A stretch of DNA of 64,000 nucleotides, taken from the NCBI GenBank assembly GCA_963677925.2, contig CAXXYH010000003.1, forward strand, positions 960,001-1,024,000. Direction: 5' to 3'. The notes beneath the pieces are model-generated. The model was not told the DNA's origin. It was given only the letters and a program-made list of their open reading frames with translations, and ran no database searches. A program made the position numbers and the translations under genes. This document shows, in pieces, positions 48,500 through 58,397 of the stretch (position 1 is its first letter; each line of letters starts with the position of its first letter). Source of the stretch: Spirochaetia bacterium (GTDB lineage Bacteria; Spirochaetota; Spirochaetia; UBA9216).

Positions 48500-50263
48500 T
48501 TAACATTGGAGTTCAATTTTATATCTGAAAAAATCGGTATACTCAAAATCATACAAACTTCCGATCTGCTCGGATAGAATATTGACAAGCTCTATCTCCA
48601 GCAATGCCTCTGCATCGGGCTCAACTATCATCCCGCTGCTGCAGTCTGCACTTAATTCAAGAAGACACTTCCCTTCTTCTTCCATAAATTCCATTGATAT
48701 TGTAATTTTTCTGCAGGCATCCGGTTCTTTTGTTGTCTTGATGATAAGCGAAATAAGCTCATTGATAATCAATCCGCACAATATGGTTTCATTTCTGGAA
48801 AGTGAAATATCCTCAATCTTCTTGATAATCTGAATCCTGCCGGTATCAATTTTAAAAAGGCTTATAGCCGAGCTAATAAAATCATCAAGAAAACTGCTGA
48901 TATAAACCTTATCTTTTTTGAACTGCTCATTATCAACAGACAGATGAGTATAAACAATGGCCATTGCATTAATCCTGTTCTGGGTAGTGGCAAGTGCAGA
49001 ATAGGTCTCACTGGAAAGGGATTCCTGCAGCATCTGAAGATTCAATATACTGATTATTGTCTGCAGGTTATTCATTACCCGGTGCTGAATTTCAGAGAGC
49101 AGAAAGTCTTTTTCTTTTATGGACTCCGACAGCTGGAGGCTTTTTCGTTCAAGATTTTCCATAAAATGATTCAGATTTTTACCGAATTCTGCAATTTCAA
49201 GAAGCTTACCGGTCCTCACACGCAGACTTAAGTCTTCTTTATCAAGCGAATCGGACAGCATTCCTGAAAGCTGCATGATTTCATGTTCAAACAGCTTATT
49301 GGACTTGAAAATAATAATAAATATAATTGCGGCCATAATGAAGGCAACCAGGGTATCTATCATAACTACAAAGCCCAGATTACTGTTAAGTTCAGACTTA
49401 TATACCGATGTTCCGATTATCCAGTCAAAGTCCTTTACATACTTCAGGTATACTATTTTCTCACGGTATGCTGCATTTTTTGAATCACGCCACGAATACG
49501 ATGTAAATCCATCTTTTTTAGTTATAACCTCGTTTATAAAGGTTGAGAACTCCTCATCAGAGATTATCTCATCTTCCGGCTTGTCATTAAAATGGGGGTG
49601 AAAAAGGATTTTTCCTGATGAATCCAGAATATAAGGAATTACAGTACTTCCGGATATTGTAGAAAGCATAGCATTTTCTATTTCAGTAAAATCTATCATA
49701 TTGATAAACTCGTTTCGGTATCCTGATGCAGTAAGGATTAGATCAAATTCGGGCAGATACTTCATGTAAAGGCCTTTTGCCCGCGGCTCCTTCTCGTTTG
49801 TATTCCGCCAGTAATATTCGTAATACCCTTCCTTTACTGAAAGCTGATATTTAAGCGGATCTGTTTTCGACAGATCCATCCCTACGATGAAAGAGTCCGG
49901 ATGGAAGATGATGATCCCTTTAGAGTTCATTCCGTAAAAATAACCGTTTTTGCCAATATCACAGTTTAAAATACGGCTGTAAACCTTTTCCAGAGGTATG
50001 CCCTCGGCATAATCATGATAAATAACTTCTGCAGCGGAATCAACTTTGGACGCCAGATATGATCTGACTCCGGTATTAAGCATTGATTCTGTGAGGTTCT
50101 GGATAACAGTTGATGTATTCTCAATCTGCCTGATCAGGTTTCTCGCGGAGATGTTGTAAATTAATATTGTAGAGGTTGTAACGGTAATGAAAAATGGTAG
50201 AGATGCAAGAATTACAACGAGTAAAAACCTGCTCCGTATAGAATATCTGCCCTTTCCGCTCAC
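48500..50263 (-). CDS. Cache-domain sensor with HisKA_2-type DHp and degenerate ATPase domain
   Basis: Two Cache-like units (GYFYGM..FHP; YILD..FHP..DWIIG); EIQHRVMNNLQ; N and G boxes eroded; GTG start. Confidence 0.8.
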   Translation of the reverse strand: MSGKGRYSIRSRFLLVVILASLPFFITVTTSTILIYNISARNLIRQIENTSTVIQNLTESMLNTGVRSYLASKVDSAAEVIYHDYAEGIPLEKVYSRILNCDIGKNGYFYGMNSKGIIIFHPDSFIVGMDLSKTDPLKYQLSVKEGYYEYYWRNTNEKEPRAKGLYMKYLPEFDLILTASGYRNEFINMIDFTEIENAMLSTISGSTVIPYILDSSGKILFHPHFNDKPEDEIISDEEFSTFINEVITKKDGFTSYSWRDSKNAAYREKIVYLKYVKDFDWIIGTSVYKSELNSNLGFVVMIDTLVAFIMAAIIFIIIFKSNKLFEHEIMQLSGMLSDSLDKEDLSLRVRTGKLLEIAEFGKNLNHFMENLERKSLQLSESIKEKDFLLSEIQHRVMNNLQTIISILNLQMLQESLSSETYSALATTQNRINAMAIVYTHLSVDNEQFKKDKVYISSFLDDFISSAISLFKIDTGRIQIIKKIEDISLSRNETILCGLIINELISLIIKTTKEPDACRKITISMEFMEEEGKCLLELSADCSSGMIVEPDAEALLEIELVNILSEQIGSLYDFEYTDFFRYKIELQC

Positions 50264-50289
50264 GTTCTAATTTTAAGACCTATGTCTGC

Positions 50290-50523
50290 TTATGTAAAGC
50301 CGGTTTCTGAGGATCGGGATTTCTCAGTTCCCCCCGCTCCATCGGTGATGTAGACCGGATTGTAGCTGAATCCGGACCTGTTCATGCTGCTTATAAAACT
50401 TCGCATATGATTTCTGGAACCTTTAAGCAGAAGTCTCTCTGAAACCTTACCGGACAGCGCAGTCCCGGCGGCAGGAAATACTGTTGATATACAGATTAGC
50501 AGAAAAAAAATCCATTTCTTCAT
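50290..50523 (-). CDS. Small secreted hypothetical protein (77 aa) or gene remnant
   Basis: Signal-peptide-like MKKWIFFLLICISTVFPA; AGGTG upstream; fills the gap between same-strand genes. Confidence 0.5.
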   Translation of the reverse strand: MKKWIFFLLICISTVFPAAGTALSGKVSERLLLKGSRNHMRSFISSMNRSGFSYNPVYITDGAGGTEKSRSSETGFT

Positions 50524-50571
50524 ACACCTATGTATAGAAAGAAACGGATTAAAAGCAATTTAATATGTAAT

Positions 50572-51756
50572 TTATTTAACTCTGTTTCCGGCAAGCATAT
50601 TCTGGTAGCATCGTTTACAGGCAGGGAAAAGACCCTCGGGAGAATCGATAAGCTCCTTCCTGAAACGTTCGGCTTTTTCTCCATTGTAAATATCTATCAG
50701 CCTGTTATCCTTGATATTCCCTATAACATATTCAGGATAATCTGCGCAGAAATGAACATCACCGTTGTAATTGATATCACATCCGAACCAGGGATAATAA
50801 CATTTATTGCGCACAATCATATCCAGATCAGAGTAATATTTCCCGATTACCCTGTGATCGATTACAGGTACGGTAATTATAGGATATCCGGGGTCCATCC
50901 GCTGTACCTTATTAAGGATACGGGAGAAGGCTTCACCGTCTATGCCCTCATTGTATCCGCTTGTAAAACCCTTCCAGGAAACAGCATCTATATCAAGTTT
51001 CTCTTTCATATAGGCAGTATGCCGCTGACCGATTTCTTCGTTCACGTAGGTTCCCAGGTTGATTATATGCCAGGCAAGACCCATTTTACTAACGGATTCA
51101 GTCATTTTATCAAGATACATGTAGTTGAGGTTTGTTATGGTTGTTACGATACCTATAAGAGGAAAAGCTGATTTCTGCCGGGCTTTCTCACGATTGATAG
51201 CCTCAATGCCTTCCATTACCTTCCGGAAAGAGCCCTTTCCGCGAATCTGATCATTCACATCCTCAAAGGAATCGAGTGATATAAAAAGGCTGGTCCATTT
51301 ATCTGCAACTATCCGCTCAGCGTGTTTTGCAAGCAGGGTGCCGTTTGTATTTACCGAAAAGAAGGGAAGTTTCTTCTTGAAATATGCCGCAAGATCCATA
51401 AAGTTCGGATACAGCATAGGCTCACCGCCCCAGATGTATACTATAGGCTTTTTGGGAGCTATATCATCAATAAGTTTCTTATAAGTATCAATATCAATTA
51501 TTTTTTTATTTTCTTCTAATGCAAGATCGTCCTTTAGAATCCCTTTTTCACCGCGCTGTCCGCACATAACACAGCGAAGATTGCATAAAGGCGTAATCTT
51601 AAAAGTCACAAGCTTAAGCTGGCGTCCTTTGGTTCGTTTTAACCTGTAGTCCAGATGTCTGGCCTTCTGCATTCCCAGAAAACCGTTAGCAAGGTGGTAA
51701 GCACTGATTGGACTGTGCCTTAATGCTTTTCTAATAACAGCATTGTTCTTTTTCAT
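50572..51756 (-). CDS. Radical SAM protein with twitch/partial SPASM domain
   Basis: CNLRCVMC, GGEP, NTNGTLL, ISLD; C-terminal CYYPW..GDVHFC..IGNI..CKRC. Confidence 0.9.
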   Translation of the reverse strand: MKKNNAVIRKALRHSPISAYHLANGFLGMQKARHLDYRLKRTKGRQLKLVTFKITPLCNLRCVMCGQRGEKGILKDDLALEENKKIIDIDTYKKLIDDIAPKKPIVYIWGGEPMLYPNFMDLAAYFKKKLPFFSVNTNGTLLAKHAERIVADKWTSLFISLDSFEDVNDQIRGKGSFRKVMEGIEAINREKARQKSAFPLIGIVTTITNLNYMYLDKMTESVSKMGLAWHIINLGTYVNEEIGQRHTAYMKEKLDIDAVSWKGFTSGYNEGIDGEAFSRILNKVQRMDPGYPIITVPVIDHRVIGKYYSDLDMIVRNKCYYPWFGCDINYNGDVHFCADYPEYVIGNIKDNRLIDIYNGEKAERFRKELIDSPEGLFPACKRCYQNMLAGNRVK

Positions 51757-51938
51757 TTACTGTCCTGTAAAATCGGTATTTAAGATCAAATAAATCCAAA
51801 AATATAATCAACGATACACCATAGATTATTTTTTGATTCGAGTCAAATATTCTTTGACCTACTGACGGGTGATCTTCCCGAATCAGAAATGTTCATCGAT
51901 TCTATCATAATTTAAGGAAAATCTGCAATTATTTTACA

Positions 51939-51969
51939 GATTTCTAACACTCTATATCTGTTAGAAATC
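51939..51969. promoter_or_regulatory. 11-bp inverted repeat upstream of the MCP gene
   Basis: GATTTCTAACA-N9-TGTTAGAAATC. Confidence 0.5.
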
Positions 51970-52029
51970 GATTAAACGATATATATTTACTCAATCTTAT
52001 TCAAAGACAAAGGCACCGGAGATTTACAG

Positions 52030-53907
52030 ATGAAGCGCATCAGCATCAGTCTAAAACTTATTATTCCAATGGCGGCATTATTCGCTGCATTTTCAATTAT
52101 AACTATTCTTACCTTCAGTTCACTGATTCAGAGGCTTGAATCGGCAGTCACCGACTATACAACCCAGATCATCAATGATGGATACCGACAGGAACTCAAA
52201 AGTACAACAGAATCTGCAGTAACAGCGATGCAGGCAATTTTTGAACAATCCGGATTAACCGATGACGAAAAGCTTGATCTAAGCAGGGAAATAATTGGAA
52301 AGATCAGATTCGGAACCGACGGCTACTTTTACGGATATAAAAAAGGAAACGGCATTAATGTAATTCACGGGGGAAATCCGGATAATGTCGGAAAAAATCT
52401 TTGGGATTTACAGTCTCCTGATAAAAAACAGTACATCATTAGGGAACTAGATAAAGCGGCTTCCGACGATACCATGTTTTTGGAATTCTACTGGTCAAAA
52501 CCTGGAGAGCCTCAGAATGTTGTATTCCCCAAACTCGGGACAGCCATGATGGTGCCTGGTACCGATATATGGATTGGAACCGGGGTATATACCGATGAAA
52601 TTGAGAAAGCAGTATTATCGCTTGAATCAGAGCTGGATACCCGTACCGGCTTTATTGTCAGGATTGTTTCTCTTACTCTGGCCGGAATATCACTTGTCCT
52701 GGTAATTTTTTCATTCTTCAGGATTCGCATTTCAGTAAATCCGCTGATAAAACTGTCGCATTTCATGGACAGTACCGGAGGAAGCGACTTCAGCAGAAAA
52801 ATGCCGGTTAAAAAGCACCGTATGCTGCCTGACGAAACCGACACCCTTATTATCAGCTTTGAGCAGATCATCGAATCAGTTTCAGGCCTTGTGCTTAATC
52901 TGCAGAATCAGCTTAACAGGATGAGCCTCTCCGGTAATAATCTCAACACCCAGATTGTATCTGCCAATGATGAAATAATCAAAATTATTGAGAAGACCGA
53001 TTCGATAAGAGATGTAATACTCAGTCAGTCTGCATCAACCGATCAGACAGCAGCGGCAGTAGAACAGCTTTCACGGAATGTTGACAGCCTTAAAAATACC
53101 GTATCAAGGCAGACTGACAGTATATCCGAATCAAGCAGTGCCATCGAGCAGATGATTGCCGGCATAAACTCAATTTCCGACAGACTCTCCGGTGCGGAGC
53201 AGGACGTTTCCGAGATGAATGCCAGCACCGAACTTGGGCGCCAGTCTATGCTGAATGTAATAGAGCTTATAAAAACCATAGTCGTTGAATCGGAAAAACT
53301 GATTCAGGCTAATGATCTTATATCAAACCTTTCCAGCAGAACAAACCTGCTCTCTATGAATGCGGCGATTGAGGCTGCTCACGCAGGTGAAGCCGGAAGA
53401 GGTTTCTCGGTTGTGGCAGAGGAAATAAGACTGCTTGCTGAGCAGTCAGCTGAACAGTCCAAGGGTGTTAAGCAGAACCTTAATACTATAAGACAATCGA
53501 TTGAGCAGGTTTCCGCCGCAGCCGCCGGAACGGATCGGGATTTTGAGAGAATAATCAACTCAATCAGCAATGTGAGTAATCTTTTTATGGAAATTGAAGC
53601 CGGAACCGGAGAGCTTAACGCCGGAAGCCGCCTTATCATAGACAGCCTTGATCAGCTTAAGGATACAGCGGCTTTTGTTGAATCAGCTGCCGGAGAAATG
53701 GCCGGAGGAAATTCCCAGATACTTAATGCTGTTCAGGAATTAAAATCTTCGAGCAGTATCTCAAGTGATTCAATTAAAACTATTCACAGCGGAATAAGCA
53801 GCCTGAAAGATTCGATTGATAATATACAGAAGATAGGCGAATCAAATCTGAGCGATATTCTTAAAATTGAAACAGATGCAGCGGTGTTTAAAACCGCTTC
53901 GGAATGA
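52030..53907 (+). CDS. Methyl-accepting chemotaxis protein with single Cache domain
   Basis: [23 protein letters not shown]; [34 protein letters not shown]. Confidence 0.95.
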   Translation: MKRISISLKLIIPMAALFAAFSIITILTFSSLIQRLESAVTDYTTQIINDGYRQELKSTTESAVTAMQAIFEQSGLTDDEKLDLSREIIGKIRFGTDGYFYGYKKGNGINVIHGGNPDNVGKNLWDLQSPDKKQYIIRELDKAASDDTMFLEFYWSKPGEPQNVVFPKLGTAMMVPGTDIWIGTGVYTDEIEKAVLSLESELDTRTGFIVRIVSLTLAGISLVLVIFSFFRIRISVNPLIKLSHFMDSTGGSDFSRKMPVKKHRMLPDETDTLIISFEQIIESVSGLVLNLQNQLNRMSLSGNNLNTQIVSANDEIIKIIEKTDSIRDVILSQSASTDQTAAAVEQLSRNVDSLKNTVSRQTDSISESSSAIEQMIAGINSISDRLSGAEQDVSEMNASTELGRQSMLNVIELIKTIVVESEKLIQANDLISNLSSRTNLLSMNAAIEAAHAGEAGRGFSVVAEEIRLLAEQSAEQSKGVKQNLNTIRQSIEQVSAAAAGTDRDFERIINSISNVSNLFMEIEAGTGELNAGSRLIIDSLDQLKDTAAFVESAAGEMAGGNSQILNAVQELKSSSSISSDSIKTIHSGISSLKDSIDNIQKIGESNLSDILKIETDAAVFKTASE

Positions 53908-53924
53908 GCAGTTCCTGATACGCT

Positions 53925-54638
53925 TTAATCCTGATTATCAAAAATATCTCTGTATTCAAATTTATGGATAATAATGGAAAGTATGCCGTCCCCGTACGGC
54001 TGCTGTCCATCAAAAAGCCATGCATTGATATGAAATCTGCTTTTGGTGTTCCTGGGAATATCAGGACCATCATACTCCCAGCTGCTGATAACCCGGCCTT
54101 TATTGTCAAGCAGTGTAAAAAGAATGAATTCACTTGTCCAGCTTATCAGCAGTCTAAACTTTTTCATTGGAGCATCCTTTGAAAAACTTATACTGTTTCC
54201 GGTTTTTTCATACGGCTGAACAGTGAACTGGCAATTATTATTTTCTGAGTTTCCCCACCGTGCTATTTCAAAATCAATTTCGTTATAGAGCGGCGGAATT
54301 TCCCTATTATATAAAAAAAGTCCGAATACAGCATTGCTGTCAATCCTGGATACTAATGAAAATTCCAGATCGAAGGTTCCATAAGAAAATGTCCCGAAGG
54401 TAAATATTTCTGCACACTGCCAATTACCGTCAATCTTTTTAATCTCAAGCTTTATTCCATCCGGTGAAGCTTGAATGCCTTCCGATCCAAAGATATTCGG
54501 CCCCGGCCCTGAAGGTCCTACGGAATTACGCTTAACCCAGCCTGTTCCTCCGAATTGAAATTCGTGACTGTTCAGGAATGCCCATGATGGTAATATGTTA
54601 ATCAGTATTAAAATCAGCACTAAAGTTATAGTCTTCAT
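53925..54638 (-). CDS. Secreted glycoside hydrolase family 16-like protein
   Basis: Signal peptide; YGTF, EIDFE catalytic motif, INAWL. Confidence 0.75.
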   Translation of the reverse strand: MKTITLVLILILINILPSWAFLNSHEFQFGGTGWVKRNSVGPSGPGPNIFGSEGIQASPDGIKLEIKKIDGNWQCAEIFTFGTFSYGTFDLEFSLVSRIDSNAVFGLFLYNREIPPLYNEIDFEIARWGNSENNNCQFTVQPYEKTGNSISFSKDAPMKKFRLLISWTSEFILFTLLDNKGRVISSWEYDGPDIPRNTKSRFHINAWLFDGQQPYGDGILSIIIHKFEYRDIFDNQD

Positions 54639-54645
54639 TCTTTGA

Positions 54646-54673
54646 ATACTAAGATAAAACAGCTGATTTGCAA
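54646..54673 (-). promoter_or_regulatory. sigma70-type promoter, probable leaderless transcript
   Basis: TTGCAA-N16-TAGTAT-N7-ATG(54638). Confidence 0.55.
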
Positions 54674-54735
54674 TGGGTCTGCCTGCAGTTATTTAATCAC
54701 CGATTTCACGACTGAATCATTACATGATGAAAGTG

Positions 54736-54776
54736 AAAAGAACAGTACCGGTGATAAGGCTATAACCGGTACTGTT
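54736..54776 (-). terminator. Intrinsic terminator of the DUF4139 gene
   Basis: AACAGTACCGGT/ACCGGTACTGTT 12-bp stem followed by CTTTT on minus strand. Confidence 0.7.
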
Positions 54777-54795
54777 TACACAACTTTTACACCGT

Positions 54796-56805
54796 TTATA
54801 ATTTAAGCGAAGCTATATAATCCTTAAGCCTGTTCTGAGCCTGCAGAAGCTCTTCTGCAAGAGCTTCTGCTCTTGTGTTCAGCTGCTGAATGTCGGTCTC
54901 CTGCTTTTCAAGCTGTCCCGAATAACGGATATATAAATCTGAATCTTTGTCCAGCACCTTCATGTTCTCTCTAACCCTGTTCTGATCCCTTTCGAGCCTG
55001 CTCAGAGAAGATGAGTTCAGGGAAGCTTCTGAGCGGATTCTCTCAATATCTTTTTTAAGCTCAGCGATGCGCTGAAGAGCTGATTTCATGGAGGCTGATA
55101 TTTCCTTCCATTCAATCCATAACGCGATATCATTGAGACCGCTGTTCTCCAGTCCGTACTGGTAGGAAACCGGATATTCCTCGGTTACAATAACCTTGTC
55201 ATGATCGGTCCCGACAATAAAACGGTACTCGCCGCTGTTTTCTTCAAATACTTCAGGACCTTCCACCATTTTCCATCCGTAAGCTTTCGGATGAATAATG
55301 ATCAGCTTCTCTTCGTTCCCGTTTATCCGGTATTCAGTATTCTTTCTGCGGATATCAGAGCGGTACAGAATACCGTCAACGATCTTCATTGCAGATATAC
55401 GCTGTGAAATAGAGCCCTCGCTTTTTACAACCTCCGAGGTCCCGTGTACTGCATATGTAACAAGCTGGTCAGCATCAGGAATGATATCAGGAACAATAGT
55501 ATCTCCGGCATAGGCACGGCCCTCCAGAACTGTAGCCGGACCGTAAGACCAGTGTGCCCGGGTATCATTCTCAAGCATTACACCCTTGAATACAAGATCG
55601 TAGGCAGGGTCGTACACTCCAACCGGAAATCCGGCGTCGGTATCGACAATTACCGGAACCATTGCTGAAGTTCCGGCCTTCACGGTCACCGGTTTGCTCA
55701 CTTCATATCGGTAGAAGTTACCGCTTCGTTCACCGCTTGCCTGTACCGCGGCAGGCGCGGGCGCGGGCAAATATGCTTCTTCTTCAACATAATCATAAAG
55801 ATTGTCGGCAGCCATACTTCGCATCGGAGCCTCGGCATAGCTTTTAGCGGTTGCAGAAGAACCGTAAGCGCGGTCATATTCAACAGCCGCTACGGGAGCA
55901 TCGGGACGGTTGCTTATTGTCTGCCGGTCCACATAAACAGGTGTAGCAAGATCCATGATAAATGCGTTGGGGCTTCCGGCGGTAAAAGTCAGCTTTATAT
56001 CCTTCCAGTCTGAAGTGCCGGTATTCTGTACGATTGCCCAGCCTTCAAGCAGGGTACTGCCCTTTTCGTCAAGCCTGAGCCGGTAGCTGGTTTTCCAGAG
56101 AGGTACTTTTCTTATATAGCTTATACGTACATCTCTATCGCCGGTGCCCCTGAAGGAAAGGCCGACATTTCTGCGTGTGCGGACCCTTGAACCTGATATA
56201 AGCTCAAGGGCTGATTCAAGCTCCTGCTGCAGGGAATCATCTGCAAAGCTGATTCTTCGAAGCCCGCTAAGCGAAACAGGTTTCAGGCCTGAGGATGTCA
56301 TCAGATTAAGAACAGCTGAGTCCGGGCCTCCTTCATAGCCATCCTCAACGCTGAAAATTCTGCCACTGAATAACCCTGATCCGGTAATTAATGAAACTTC
56401 CTCTCCCTGAAGTTTAGACAGAAAAGAATAAAGAGAATCAGCACCCGACGGATTGATCCGCAGATCCTGCAGGGCGGCATACAGCGGTTCACTGCTGTCG
56501 AAACTGATAACATCTACATAACCGCCGCCGAGATCCTCGGCAACCAGGCTTTTCAGAATATCGTTTATATCATCAGGGTTCACATCAAGATTGATGACAG
56601 CATCACCGCTGACCCTTCCCGTCTGAACCACCTGTGCAAGTCCTGATGAGTACAGATTTACCGATGTTACCGGAAGAGAAATTTCCTCAGCAAGGGCATC
56701 AGAGGATGCGCCAGCAGCATCCAGGGTTCCGGCCGCTGAAATATTAAATGGATTAAAAAAAATGACAAGAATTACAAAAATAATAAATGAAGTATGCTTT
56801 TTCAT
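54796..56805 (-). CDS. Exported DUF4139-like protein with C-terminal coiled coil
   Basis: LPVTSVNLYSSG, INDILKSL, PLWKTSYRL, LEGWAIVQN, DQNRVREN. Confidence 0.8.
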   Translation of the reverse strand: MKKHTSFIIFVILVIFFNPFNISAAGTLDAAGASSDALAEEISLPVTSVNLYSSGLAQVVQTGRVSGDAVINLDVNPDDINDILKSLVAEDLGGGYVDVISFDSSEPLYAALQDLRINPSGADSLYSFLSKLQGEEVSLITGSGLFSGRIFSVEDGYEGGPDSAVLNLMTSSGLKPVSLSGLRRISFADDSLQQELESALELISGSRVRTRRNVGLSFRGTGDRDVRISYIRKVPLWKTSYRLRLDEKGSTLLEGWAIVQNTGTSDWKDIKLTFTAGSPNAFIMDLATPVYVDRQTISNRPDAPVAAVEYDRAYGSSATAKSYAEAPMRSMAADNLYDYVEEEAYLPAPAPAAVQASGERSGNFYRYEVSKPVTVKAGTSAMVPVIVDTDAGFPVGVYDPAYDLVFKGVMLENDTRAHWSYGPATVLEGRAYAGDTIVPDIIPDADQLVTYAVHGTSEVVKSEGSISQRISAMKIVDGILYRSDIRRKNTEYRINGNEEKLIIIHPKAYGWKMVEGPEVFEENSGEYRFIVGTDHDKVIVTEEYPVSYQYGLENSGLNDIALWIEWKEISASMKSALQRIAELKKDIERIRSEASLNSSSLSRLERDQNRVRENMKVLDKDSDLYIRYSGQLEKQETDIQQLNTRAEALAEELLQAQNRLKDYIASLKL

Positions 56806-56811
56806 AATTAC

Positions 56812-56839
56812 AGCATATCATCGTTTGCTGAAATTTCAC
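56812..56839 (-). promoter_or_regulatory. Extended -10 promoter, probable leaderless transcript
   Basis: GTGAAA-N16 (ending TGA)-TATGCT-N6-ATG(56805). Confidence 0.5.
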
Positions 56840-57303
56840 ACAAGATCTGCTATTTCTGCGGATACAGTCTCAATCAGATCACCTGGCGACAGATGAACCT
56901 GCATGCCGCGTACTCCGGCGCTGACGTACATTCGCTCATGCAGAATGCATGTTTCATCTATATATACCGGGTAATTTTTTTTCATTCCAATCGGCGAGCA
57001 GCCCCCGCGGATATAACCGGTGAGCGCAAGTATTTCTTTCATCGGAACAAGATCACATTTTTTTGAACCGGATGCTTTCGCAGCCTTTTTCAGATCAAGT
57101 TCGCTGTTTCCGGGAATTACACAGACAAAAACTTCGCCCCTGTCGGTCCGAAGGACAAGGGTTTTAAATACGGCTTCAATATCCTGCCCGAGCTTAGCCG
57201 CAACAGACTGGGCGCTGAGATCAGATTCATCTACCTCATATTCAAATATATCAAAGCCGATTTTCAGAGATTCAAGTATTCTAATCGCGTTTGTCTTTCC
57301 CAT
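56836..57303 (-). CDS. ybaK: Cys-tRNA(Pro) deacylase
   Basis: KTNAIRIL, VFKTLV, LDLKK, TGYIRGGCSPIGMKK, VSAGVRG; start moved to ATG 57303. Confidence 0.95.
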   Translation of the reverse strand: MGKTNAIRILESLKIGFDIFEYEVDESDLSAQSVAAKLGQDIEAVFKTLVLRTDRGEVFVCVIPGNSELDLKKAAKASGSKKCDLVPMKEILALTGYIRGGCSPIGMKKNYPVYIDETCILHERMYVSAGVRGMQVHLSPGDLIETVSAEIADLV

Positions 57304-57310
57304 AAACGGT

Positions 57311-57345
57311 ATTTTATTGACTGCAGAGAAACTTGTCACTATCAT
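57311..57345. promoter_or_regulatory. Two interdigitated divergent promoters, both leaderless
   Basis: Minus: GTGACA-N17-TAAAAT-N7-ATG(57303); plus: TTGACT-N17-TATCAT-N6-ATG(57352). Confidence 0.65.
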
Positions 57346-57351
57346 TTAAGA

Positions 57352-58371
57352 ATGATTACAAATGATCACAAAAGAATACTCCCCTACCAGCCGTCTGATG
57401 AACGTTATTCAAAGGATATTTATCACAACTGCGGCCGAAGCGGGCTGAAACTTCCGGCACTGTCGCTTGGCCTGTGGCATAATTTCGGCGACAGCGCAGA
57501 TCTTCATAAATCAAGGCAGACACTTAGAAAGGCCTTTGACTGCGGGATAACCCATTTTGATCTTGCCAATAACTACGGACCGCCCTACGGTTCAGCTGAA
57601 GTGAATTTCGGCAAAATGTTTAAAAATGATTTTCAGCCCTACAGGGACGAACTGATAATCTCTTCCAAGGCGGGATTTGATATGTGGGACGGCCCCTACG
57701 GCAGCGGAGGTTCAAAAAAGTACATCATTGCAAGCTGCGAGCAGAGCCTGAAGCGTACAGGGCTTGAATACTTTGACATTTTCTACCACCACTGCCCCGA
57801 CCCGAATACCCCGGTTGAAGAAACTGCTGAGGCACTTGCCCAGCTTGTGAGACAGGGAAAGGCACTGTATGCCGGTATTTCAAACCGCTACGACGCGGCT
57901 TCTGCCGATGAAGCAGCAGGGCTGCTGAAATTGCATGGGATTCAGCTTCTGGTTAATCAGATTCGTTTTTCGATGTTCGATCGAAGGGCCGAAGCGCTTG
58001 CGGACAGTCCGGATAGAAACGGTTACGGTCTCATGCCCTTCAGTCCGCTTGAACAGGGAATACTTGCCGGACGATATCTTGAGGGTATACCGGAGGGTTC
58101 AAGACTTGCAGATGAGAGTTCATATCTGGATGAAAACAGTGATACGGCAGTTAAGATAAGGAAGGCAAAGGAACTTAATAAAATAGCGCAGGAGCGCGGT
58201 CAGAGCCTTGCACAGCTGTCTGTTTCGTGGCTGCTTAATAAAGCTCAGGTAGCATCTGTACTGATCGGAGCAAGTTCTCCGGAACAGATCACTGAGAACA
58301 TCTCAGCTGCACAATTCAGCCCTTTCACTGAAGATGAACTAAAAAAAATAGACCGGATCTGCGTTGAATAA
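57352..58371 (+). CDS. Aldo/keto reductase, YghZ/Gpr (L-glyceraldehyde 3-phosphate reductase) family
   Basis: CGRSGLKLPALSLGLWHNFG, THFDLANNYGPPYGSAE, SSKAG, FSPLEQG, LIGASS. Confidence 0.9.
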   Translation: MITNDHKRILPYQPSDERYSKDIYHNCGRSGLKLPALSLGLWHNFGDSADLHKSRQTLRKAFDCGITHFDLANNYGPPYGSAEVNFGKMFKNDFQPYRDELIISSKAGFDMWDGPYGSGGSKKYIIASCEQSLKRTGLEYFDIFYHHCPDPNTPVEETAEALAQLVRQGKALYAGISNRYDAASADEAAGLLKLHGIQLLVNQIRFSMFDRRAEALADSPDRNGYGLMPFSPLEQGILAGRYLEGIPEGSRLADESSYLDENSDTAVKIRKAKELNKIAQERGQSLAQLSVSWLLNKAQVASVLIGASSPEQITENISAAQFSPFTEDELKKIDRICVE

Positions 58372-58397
58372 GCGCTAATCCGGTCTCTGAAATTAAT

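Noticed and set aside
51831-51888. Hammerhead ribozyme or purine riboswitch
   Set aside because: CTGACGG and CTAC fragments are present, but the CUGANGA/GAAA core and the purine-switch loop sequences are not
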